Below, one piece after another: positions 52,965-64,000 of a DNA stretch of 64,000 nt. A model generated the notes under the pieces. It did not search any database and had not been told where the DNA came from. It saw nothing but the letters and a program-made list of their open reading frames with translations. The DNA comes from Chrysomallon squamiferum (Eukaryota > Animalia > Mollusca). Within the stretch, counting starts at the first letter, position 1. Every line of letters begins with the position of its first letter. A program made the translations under genes and the position numbers. The stretch is from the NCBI GenBank assembly GCA_012295275.1, contig CM022670.1, forward strand, positions 36,952,001-37,016,000. The letters run 5' to 3'.

Positions 52965-54330
52965 ACATAATTCCTTATGTTCATTGGAAAGACATCCTGT
53001 TTCAGTGGAAGAAAGGCATCTTTTATATGATATTAAGATACAGCAGACATGTTTTACAAGAATTTACAAAGTGATGTTAATGCAGTGCTCACTAAGTTTG
53101 AAACTGACACTACAGACATGATTTCTCATACATCCAAAGTTAGTCAAACTGATTATCGAGATGGAATTTGGGGTAATTGCTGATCTAATTTAGGGTCAGA
53201 TTTCATTCTAAAAAGCACATAATACTAATTAATCCTAACGTTTTCTGAGGCTTTTCTGTTTGGTCATTAGAAATTTTCATTTATTTAATTTATCTTGTAT
53301 CTGTCTTTTAGTAAATATCTTTCACGTGACATTTAATAATTTTTTTTATTGAGTTTTATCATTGCAAATATCTGCTATTTTTATTTACTGTTTAAAAGCT
53401 TTTATATTTTTACTTTCATTTCCTAGGTTGTGATAATGAGTAAGATGTGCAGATTTTACATTGGATATATAGATCTTTTTTAACTTTACCTTTTTTTCTA
53501 GTTGATGATTGGTTAAATGCTTTACTTAATATTATTTACATGACAGCAAGAAAATATTACTTTATTTATTTTTGTATTGGAAGAGATTATCATTAATTAT
53601 ATAAAAAGCATGTAACACTATTTTGCTCTAGGTGTTTCATTTAATTTTTTTTTTTTTTTGGTTTATATGTGTTTTATATAAAATAAACGTTATAAATCAA
53701 TTCATTTTAATATTTGTTATTTTTAAACTTTTTTTTTTGCACAGGATAGAGAAGAAAAACCAGAAATAATAATAAATAAATAAATAATATTGATAGTCAT
53801 GATTTGAAAATAGTTACTGAAGTTTAATATTATAACTGAATACATATACAATCTCTGAACATATTTTTATTATAAATTTTATTAGTCTTAAACATGTTCG
53901 TTATGCATAATAATGAAGATATATCCTTCTTCTGCTAATTCGTGGTCTTCTGTTTCAGTTAATTAAAAAAAAAAATTAATGATGACCTATCTTTAGATCA
54001 TAAAATATTTCATTGTTTTTAGGCATTGTGGTGAATTAGGTGGAAAGGTAAAATCTTCAAATGATGCCGTAAAGGATTAATCTCATCTGTCTGCATCTTT
54101 GCAATTGCCCACTTCAGGAAAAATTAGCTTGGTGGCAAATTAACAAGAAATTGAATTTAGAAAAAAAAAATAAAAAAAAAAAATAAAAAAAAAATAAAAT
54201 AAATAAATAAATAAAATTAAAGTTTAGTTGCAATAATAAACGTAGTCACGAACTGTATGTTTGTTTAGCTCTGTTATCCTTGTAACCAGTCAAATGTATG
54301 GGTATTAATACGAATTTTTACAGTTAATTA

Positions 54331-54984
54331 CAGACGCTCCTCACGTAACGACTTAACTGTTTAACGACCTAGCATACTTACGATCAGCTTTCCGACTAGT
54401 CGGTTACGTACTCTGTACGAGAACGTTGGCTGTGAAAACAGCAGTGTGGGTACACGGTAAAGGCATCGAGCATCTCATTTTTTCGCTCTGTCTCGTTTCC
54501 ACAGTCGGTTGGTCAGTATTCTGAAAATTATTGTTTGAATCTCCAAGACTGCATATTTCGTCCAGATTGTTTTGTTTTATTCTGCACCACATGGTGTTTG
54601 AATTACCATGATATAATTGTTTTCTCTGATTGTATTTTTATGTCATGTAATATGTAAGAATTATGCAAATTAAAACAAAATTAACAAGTTGGAGTTTTCT
54701 TTAGACCTTTTTATCCATTCCTAAGAAATAAAAACGATTACCTGTATTTATACCAACAGTAACCCATTAACAGTATGCGACGGACACGCCCGCTGACCTG
54801 TCAGAAAGCGTGCCCGTCGTAGACGTGCTTCACAACAGCTTGCTCTGATTAGCACGTTAATTTTTTTCAATTTCAGTTTTCAGTTTCATTAACAGTACAA
54901 TATGCTTGAACGGGGCGGCTTCTAACTTTAGATCTGTTCGCTTGATAACCTAGTCCTAGTCGGTCGTTAAATGAGGAGTGCCTA
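54331..54984. mobile_element. ~650-bp decayed pogo/Tigger-like MITE
   Basis: Left end TA|CAGACGCTCCTCACGTAACGAC with subterminal TAACGAC repeats. Right end GTCGTTAAATGAGGAGTGCCTA is its imperfect reverse complement. Confidence 0.75.
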
Positions 54985-56811
54985 ACTGAAATTTAAACAA
55001 AAATCATATTGTATTTGTAGCATCCCAGCTATAAGAAAAACAGTATGTTCTGACAAAAATTATATATATATATTTAAAATAAACATGCTACTTTTCAAAC
55101 AGTTGCATTATTATTATTATTATTTAATTTTATTATTATTATTATTATTATTTAAGTGTATAAAATTACTTTCTTAAATGATATTTGTAAATAAAAAAAA
55201 AAAAAAAAAAAAAATGAAATGATTGTTCTGAATATAAAGCATTTGATATTTACTCATATTTCTCTATTAAAATATTAAATAAGAGACAAAATCTAAATAA
55301 GTATTTATTTCCGATCTCACTTTTAACTCTAATGCCGATCTTATTGTTACTGCACTCATAGTACTAGGGCGGCTCCAGAACTTTAGGAATGGGTGAGAGG
55401 CTCAAACTGTTTAAGATTTAATTTTCGAAAAAAATTTAAAAAATCATTATCACAGTAAAAAAAAAAATAGTCTGCATGTTCGTCCTCGAGAAAGCAAAAT
55501 CGCAGTATGAATTCAGAGAATACTGCGTGTAATGATGATACGTAATTATTAATCTTGTGATGATGAAGATTTTTACGACGTCATGTCTCCTCCACATGCC
55601 GATGAGACAACACGCTTTTTCTTTTTGGGAAATGCTTAATCAACACCAGCGTGGATTGGACGGACGTCAAAGCCAGCTAAAGGTGGGCAGGGCACGTACG
55701 AAATTCCAGGTGTAAACAAGAACCGAAACAAAAGCTTGACAACCCACTCTTTAAGCTGACGTCGAGGTCCTGCATGCACAGCTTAGATGTCAAGTTGCGA
55801 AGAAGCTGCAGGGATGCGGACGTACCGTTACAATTTGCCCATTTTCTAAAACCTGCTGTTTACTGTCGTCATTTGTTACAAGTTTGAACACCTTATTGTT
55901 CAGTCATCATCAAACATATAGCCTGGGCAGGGTTGATTGTTTCATATAAGTTTATAAAATCAGCCCGAACAATATAGGTGGTAGATATATATTTTTTTTC
56001 ACACTGGACTTTACGATCACGGAAAAGACAAAAATTAAAAAATGAATCCTTCGATGATTTTAATTGGTAAGTACACATAACAAAATAAAAGTCTATTAAG
56101 TTATTTTAATTACTATTTTTTTTTTATATTATTATCTTTTTTATATATATAAAAACAAATTTTAAAAGTTTTGATTTCCCACATCTTTGATAAAAGCATT
56201 CTTGTTTGTTTAGTATGGAACATAAAAGTGAAAACGACTAAAATTATTTCATTCTAAAATCGTGTTTAAAATGCTGTTTTCAATTCATATATTACTTGAG
56301 AAAATGTAGTTTTTCTTTCCTTCTTTTTATATCTATATAATGTATTGTTTCTTTCAATGAAAGTGTTAACCAAAAGAAAAAGAAAAAAAAAGAAGAAAAG
56401 CAGAAGAAATTGAAATACAACATCCTTAGTAAACCAAACCAATTAATGCCTTATACACTTTTATTACAAAGAAATCTTTTCCGTTACATTATTTACTTTG
56501 TTTCCTGCTTGTAATGTGCCACGAAAATTTATATTTTTTCTTCCTCATAGACACACGTTTATATAGACATGTATTTTATAATTTTCATTTCTCTCTCGAA
56601 ATCGTTTCACGTCTCTTTATCTTTGGTAATGCGGAAGGATTTTATTTATATTTACGTCAGTATTTAAAACAATATAAAAACAGCAAGGTTTTGTTTTAAC
56701 AAATCACTCGTGAAGCTATTGATATTAGTCATGGTCTGCAATACAACCCGCATCTCTCTCGTTATCTGTGTGTTTTTACAACATTTCCATGTACGCATAT
56801 ATTACTAAAAC

Positions 56812-56897
56812 TATTCTATGTTTGATTAACGTTATAATGACATACTGAATACATCTATGTAAGGTATTTCATTATAACGTTAATTTAACATATAATA
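56812..56897. repeat. 86-bp near-perfect inverted repeat (hairpin)
   Basis: TATTCTATGTTTGATTAACGTTATAATGACATAC pairs with GTATTTCATTATAACGTTAATTTAACATATAATA (4 mismatches). The loop region also holds a small TACAT/ATGTA inverted repeat. Confidence 0.85.
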
Positions 56898-58960
56898 TTT
56901 TTAATGAATTTTATTCAAATAACAGTTTGAAAAAAATTTATCTCTTTGCCTCAACTACCGGGCAACAACTTTATTTGTCCAGTGATATTTCAGTATATTT
57001 TATTATTACTGATATTTTAGGTATATAAAATATTATTGTATGATGATAATTTGAAAGGCAAATCCCGCATCCGTTCCTTCATAATTTATTCCTACAGATT
57101 AGTAGTAAATTGAATGTAAATAACGTATTGATAAAGAAATCACAGATGGAACCAAACAAATATTCCAGTGTATTTATTATTAGCCTACACTGTGCCCACT
57201 GATTAGGCGAGTGTCATTCCACCCGTCACACCCACACTCATTCTAACCGATGGGGTGTAGCCGATTTTCTTGGATACGCAAAAATGCCTAAAATGAGATC
57301 TAGAACTGCTTATTAAAATTATGTTATTTCGGAGACCAGGGGCCTGTACGATCAAACGGGATGTCTATTTTTATGAATTCCTTTTGAGTTTGTACTGGGT
57401 TATTCGGGGCAAGAAACATGGTCAAGCATTCCGCAAAGGTAGTATTTGCTTAAGTTAAATAGTAGGTCAGTCAAGCTATAACGAGACAAGACAACAAGAT
57501 CAACAGCAACAACAACAAAATAATAATAATAACAATAATAATAGTAATAATTAATAAATAAATAAATAAATAGAAAGTTGTTGTTGTTGTTGTAATCACA
57601 GAGGCTTCCTGAGACAACCAAATTATTTTTAAAATAATAAATAAATTTTATCTGCGTTTAAAATAAAATAAAGGGTAAAAAAAAAAAAATAATAATAATA
57701 AGTAAATAAATAAATAAACATTCACATGTTTTAGGCAGACATAAAAATAATGAATTATGTCTTAAGTGTAACGGTCATTTTAGTTCATTTTATTTACTGT
57801 GGGATGTGGACAGCAGGATATAAATTAGAAGCACGCGGACCAGGAAAAGCTTTGAAAGCATTTTTATTTTATTATAATTAATCCAGACAGTCACTGCTTT
57901 TTACTTAAATTAATATGCCATTAGAATTTATTACTATTATTATTATTATCATCATCATCATTATTATTACTATTATTATTATTATTATTATAAAAAATAT
58001 AAACAAGTGTTATAATTGCTGTTCTATGGTTAATAGTATTATTACAATTACAGTGTGTTTTGATTAGAATATATACATATTTTTTCCACGCTGAAATTCC
58101 AATTCAACAAACCAACAATAATAATAACAATAACAACATTTTGTTCTTTACTATTATTTTATACTGTGCAGATCGACAATTTTTACTGGAAATCAGAAAA
58201 GCTTCAAATTTTGTTTTATTCATTTTGATTTCATTTTCTAAATAAATAAATAAATAAATAAATACTACTACTACTACTACTACTACTACTAATATTTATT
58301 CATTTCCTTACAGCGTCATTTGTACAGACATATTTAGTTTAATAATAATAAAAAAAATATATTTATTTTTAAATAATTCTTACTATTTATTCTCTGTCCT
58401 CACTGATTTCGGACGTTTCGAAGATGTGATCTGTATTTAATATAGTTAAATTTGTGCTTTACGGCTAATTATATAACTGACTTTCTATACCGTGACCTTA
58501 CCTATTAACGACAAAACCAAAACGCCGTTCACGATGAACATTTTTCTTACACCAGGAAGTATATATTTAGTGACAAGATAGTAGTGACTGTTGAGACCAT
58601 GGAAAGGAAAACTGGTGTCTATTTTAAGTGTTTTTTTTTTTTTCTGTCCATTTAATCTGTTTTTGAAGAGTTCACAAACGGATTGTTAGTTTGTACAAGA
58701 ATTTCAAAACAGAGTGAAAAAACGCCTACATCTTTTAGAAGAGTAATTTTAGGATAATTGCTACAGTAAACAGCTATGTATCGGACGAAACAAACAGTAA
58801 AGAAAAAAAAAAAAAAAAAAAAAATTACTTAATAAATAAATAAATACAAAAAAAAAAAAAAAAAAAAAAAAAATGAAGAAGAAAAGCGAAAGAAAGAAAA
58901 AATAAAGAAGAAAAGTGAAAGAAAGAAAAAAGAAAGAAGATAAAGAAAGAAAAATTAGAA

Positions 58961-58995
<35 letters not shown>

Positions 58996-59243
58996 GTCAT
59001 TGACAACAAATAGTCTGTAATAAACGTAAATTTCAGTCAGAATTGTAATTTTCTAACAAGCAATTTTATTCAACAAAACCTGATATTAATTTAGAAAATT
59101 GCTTATTGTTAGCTTGTCTGTCATTATCAATAGCTTTTGTTTGTTCTCAATAATATGGTTGTCTTTTGGAAGAGGTATTTGTTTTGTTTGTTTGTTGTTT
59201 CTTTAATTTTAAAATTTAGTTGATGATGATAATGATAATAATG

Positions 59244-59282
<39 letters not shown>

Positions 59283-59368
59283 ATTATTATAATTATTATT
59301 TAATTTATGTATATAAAAGGTTAACACAATATCAACGTATCTGACTGTTTATTTATTTGTGTTTTCAG

Positions 59369-59847
59369 TTATAGGTCAGGTATTATTTTCCTATGTAATC
59401 GCACAACAAAGATCTGTAGCACAGCAGTGCCTCACTGAACAGATTCGAAGCAACAACATAGGATTTCAGCCAGTCAGAGCGCCCGTTGGAAGAAACATAC
59501 CAGCCACTGATGCAACTTTGAACGCCTTTAGAGCCATTTGTCAGTAGGTATCACAGCAGACGTAACGCAAGTGTTGTAAACGGTGTATAGTGAAGAGTTT
59601 CAGTTTAAAACATTATTATGACGGCAATAATACTAGGTTTATTAGTAATAGTTTAGTAGTAGTTTAAAATAATAGCATTAATAATAATAATTGCACAGAA
59701 TTTCAAACTATCGTTTTTCAAAACAGATATGTTATAGTGTTGCCATCTTAATTCAGTTTATTAATGCAAAATTTTACGGTAATGATAAAATTTGTATTCA
59801 TTATACATACTACACATTATTTCCTAATTGAATAAATGTTTTTACTA

Positions 59848-59883
<36 letters not shown>

Positions 59884-61131
59884 TATATTATAATCATCAT
59901 CTTTATCAAATTAATTTCTTAATCGAGTATTTTTAAATATAATAACTTCTGGGACAATCAAGGTGATTCTTGATAATTTTTCATTGTACAGAAACTACGA
60001 AAATTACATCAGATGTTTTGAAACCAGACTGCCGGGATCGACTGTTGCTAACGACAATTTCCTAAATTTGATCTTTGACGCAAACAACATGAGAACAGCC
60101 TACAGAGGTCTTTGCAAAGATCTGAATGGTGACTTTATTTCACTGTTGTTTAAATCCGCAACTACAACAACAACAACAACAACAAACAGCAGGGATGAAA
60201 CAATAAAATAAAAGTTAACTTCCTGGTTATTGTTGCTTTCAATATATATTTCATCTAAAAAAAAAAAAAAAAAAAAAAATGTAGCACTTGAAATTCTTGT
60301 GTGACTTAAATAGTACAGTAAATGAGAAGACATCTCAGGAAAAAATATTAGTTGGGTGATGTGAAATACATAATCTTTTTAAACCGTCGAGAATGACTTA
60401 ATTGGGTTAGTGGCACCTCAGCATGTGAGATAACAGTACTAATGTGACTTGCACTGTTTGTTTCAGTGTTACAACGACGGATGCAGTGTTTACTGACGAC
60501 GCCCCAGGTTCAGCAATGTTACAACAACTTTCGTTCCGCGGTGATTCAGGTGGTGAATATAGGACGACAAGGTGGTATGCAAAGAAAGGATTTAGAAGCT
60601 ATTGCGTGCAAGTGAGTTTCTTATTGAATTTTGTTAAAAAAAAAAAAAATAAAGAAGAAGAAGAATAAAAAAAAAAATAAATAAATAAAGACGAAGATAG
60701 CCATAATGTCCATATTATTGTTCATGTTTTGAAAAGCTAACTCACTATCTGTTTCCCCTTGAAATGATAAGTCTCCAAAAATCTTACAATTTACAAGAAA
60801 ATTTCGAGATAATCTATCTATTTGTTTTTTGTTTAGTTTTTTCATTTCTTTATTTTAAATTTGTTTCATTCGTCCAATTATCTGATTGAAAAAGTAGAAA
60901 AAAAAATTGAAACAAAATTGCTTTTAAAATATTATAGGAGTATATGTTAAATATATTTAAAATAATATGTAATTAGCACTAACCTCCAAAAAAGAACATG
61001 TCATTACATAATTTTTTGTTGGCAAGTGACGTCGATATTTAAGAAAATCATTTAATTGTTTTTTAAAAATTCGATTAAAAATGCAGTTTCATTATTTGTT
61101 GTTGCTGCTACTGTTATTGTTGTTGTTGTTG

Positions 61132-61178
<47 letters not shown>

Positions 61179-61418
61179 TCCAGCGTTTCTATTGCAAGAT
61201 ACCAGTGCGAAACGCAGGTATATTCGTTCTGTGATCAGCAAGCAGGGGAGATAATGAGGAACTTCTTTTATGCTGGTTTGCCTGGCCGTTGTCGACAAAG
61301 CACTGGAGTTGTTTCCCGTTACACACAGATGTGGGGAGGCGCATCGCTATCTCGACTAACCATTAGTTTGGCTGCACTGCCTGTTGTAGTTATGTTAAAA
61401 CATATAACAGGCTTATAA
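59369..61418 (+). CDS. Uncharacterised cysteine-patterned secreted / probably GPI-anchored protein; first coding exon not located
   Basis: Exons 59369-59543, 59992-60128, 60467-60611 and 61184-61418 join in phase (2/1/2) without stops. The protein has the end of a signal peptide (IGQVLFSYVIA-QQ), 10 spaced Cys (e.g. ICQNYENYIRCF, ACNVSIARYQCE..YSFC) and a hydrophobic C-terminus after GGAS. Confidence 0.8.
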
Positions 61419-62039
61419 ACATAATTTTGGGGGCTTTCTTCGATCTTATTTTCTCTTTTATGGTTGGGACAATGAAGGTGATTCTGAAAATAATTATTTA
61501 AGTTATGTACTGCACAGAGTTACAGTATTTATAGAGAAACTAGTTCATTAAGATAAACCATGCATAACTGTTTAGCTTCTTGAACTACGGGAAACCGAAG
61601 CCGAAATTAATTTTTAGGAAAGACAGCAAAACGAAACGGTAAGATACATTAAACGGGAAAGAAATATAATATTTGCGCTAATTTTTTAAAATTATTATTT
61701 ATGTTTGTTATTTATTTAATTTTATTATTATTATTATTATTATTAATTTTATACTTATACTTATACTTATTATTATTATTATTATTAATTTTATACTTAT
61801 ACTTATACTTATTATTATTATTATTATTATCTACGTTTAATTTTACCATTCATTTAATATATTTGTTCATTAACAACTTTAATCTTATATCTTAGCCTGT
61901 CTGCGATTTACTATTCAATCTTTCAATAATTCTTTAAATAATAACAGAATTGATTAAAACACATTTCTTAAAACAACTGATTCAAGTCATGTCCAGTTAT
62001 ATTAAGAACCCATCTAGTTAAAAAAAAAAAAAGCAATCC

Positions 62040-62071
<32 letters not shown>

Positions 62072-64000
62072 TATTTTTCTTCTTTTAACCTAATTATTAC
62101 CATGAAAGAACCGAATACTCTAAAAATGTATCGATTTATTTACATACAAGTCTTTGTTCGTTTTAAATCATTGCTTCACATTGTATAGATCCATTATCAT
62201 CACGTGTATAGATATATTTTACTGGTTGATTTTTTCTTTCTGGAACTAGGGTAACTATAAATAATTTTAATGGGTTTTATTTTTAATTCTTGAATGGATA
62301 TAAAAGTATTCGTACTTAAGAGATGTTACTGAGTATTTGGATATCTGGAATTCAAAGGATTTTTTTTTTTTATTTTTTTTAAATTATTTTTTTGTTTTAC
62401 GTATTTATTATTTACATATACATAATATTAGTAATAATAAGTTTTTTCTTGTTTTGTTTTGTATATGTATATATTATTCACAGTTTATTCATCTTGATTG
62501 TAGAAAGGTATGATTACTTTATCATTCCATCGGTAGGTATATTTCCAGATCGGACCACCCAAGACGCATACACAAAGAGCACGTATTTATGCACTATTCG
62601 TATACACAATACAGACACAGAATAGAAAAAGAGGTAATGCTAAAGAGCAAAAGATTAATGTTCATGTTAACTAAAATATAGTTTTCGTAGAAAATATGTA
62701 ACAAAGCAGTGAACTGAAATCATCAGTGATAAAAACTAGACATTATTTGCACAGTATTTCACTTCAATTGTCTTTGAAAATTTTATACAATATGGATTGT
62801 TCTCATTATTTCTATAAAAAAAACTGTCAACTAATTATTAAACAGTGTAAGAAATTAAATGATGGAAGGAGTTATATTACTAATAAGAAAATCAACGCGC
62901 ACACTTAAACCCAAGATTTCAGAAGAAAGAAAGAAACAACATTAAAATTAATATGATTTTTTTCAGTGGTTCAAATTTCATTACAAAGGAAAACAACAAC
63001 AAGAACAGAAAAAATAATAAAAAGAATAGAATATAATAGAATAGAATAAAAGGAATAAATAGAATAAAATAAGAATTAGATGGTATTTCCATATAAACAT
63101 TGTCACACACAGACACACATACATTTAAATATAAATCTGTCACATGAATACATATGATTTAACAGAATGCAATAGTCTTGTTTATTTAAACCCTTTGTTT
63201 AATTATACTATTCGCTGTCATACAAACTGATTTAAAATATTTCAGCATAATGTAATAAATTATTTTTTTTTCTTTTCGAAAGTCTTTGTGTATTTATTAC
63301 AGTCTACATTTGTTTACCGCACTTGCAGGAGTATTAAATCTTACAACAAATGTTTGTCTTTAATTATCGATTCAGTTGCTGTAATATATAATTGAATTTT
63401 CAAAGTAATGCTTTGTACTGGATAAATATTTCTCAAATACTGCTTTTGTTCTGACATATTTTTTGAGGGATCATTTTTAATATGAAAACATCAACAACAA
63501 AAAGAAAAAGAAAAAGAAAAAAGAAACAGTAACAACAACATTAAAGTCGGTGTATCATAATCTTGCAGTTAACTCAAAAACGAAGGAATGTCTAATGATA
63601 ACTCAACACAGTTTTCTTAAATCGTTACATGTGTATGTGTGTATCTGAGTGTCCGTGAATATGAGTGTGCGTGTGTGTGTGTCCGGTAAAACACTAAAAA
63701 TAATGGCAACATATATCTAAATAAATTTTTATATTTTCCGCTAATTGTTTAATTGCTGGTTTAAATCTTAAAAGACCATTTTGGAAACATGCAAAAAATT
63801 GCAAATAAATTGTTGTTATTTAAGAACTATTTTGTTTAGCGAAAACGAAATCAGTGCTCGTGAATCTACTACTACTCTTGAAAGCTGTGGGCTGAACAAT
63901 AAAAGTTAACATCATTTCTTTTTGTCTTTATTTATCTTTTAATTAGGATTTCAGTATAAAAGAAATAACTAACTACTGACTGAATGTATCAGCTTTAATC

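Noticed and set aside
58599-58660. ATG GAA AGG AAA... as the first exon of the cysteine-rich gene
   Set aside because: Plausible position and context, but it reaches a stop after a poly-T run and has no strong phase-1 donor. Left unassigned.
58761-59327. Low-complexity ORFs (poly-F/Y/N/L/I), here and throughout the window
   Set aside because: They are translations of poly-A/T and (AAT)n microsatellites.
60444-60668. Listed ORF MTCTVCFS...
   Set aside because: Wrong frame. The spliced exon 60467-60611 reads VLQRRMQCLLTT...

Overview
AT-rich, microsatellite-rich animal genomic DNA with spliceosomal introns. It is probably a gastropod mollusc (inferred from gene structure and repeat content). 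Exons were assembled by hand from GT-AG boundaries and reading phase. From left to right: one coding exon of a gamma/delta/zeta sarcoglycan (-); a complete 11-exon TUSC3/MAGT1 OST subunit (+) containing a U12-type intron; a C2H2 zinc-finger/AT-hook gene (-) broken by a 1-nt frameshift; centrin (-); and NSDHL (+). NSDHL's 15.6-kb intron 4 holds two same-strand LRR-Ig-TM paralogs with intronless CDSs, a decayed RNase H-bearing LINE and a MITE. Then come CLN5 (-), whose first exon is frameshifted; a short COMMD6 (+); and a cysteine-patterned, probably GPI-anchored protein (+). The most notable points are: three head-to-head gene pairs, two of which match human neighbours (SGCZ-TUSC3, CETN2-NSDHL); the nested LRR-Ig pair with a sharply bounded near-identical tract and different tails; three separate duplications of 3' splice-site regions; and two frameshifts, most simply assembly indels. 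No rRNA, tRNA or CRISPR array was seen.
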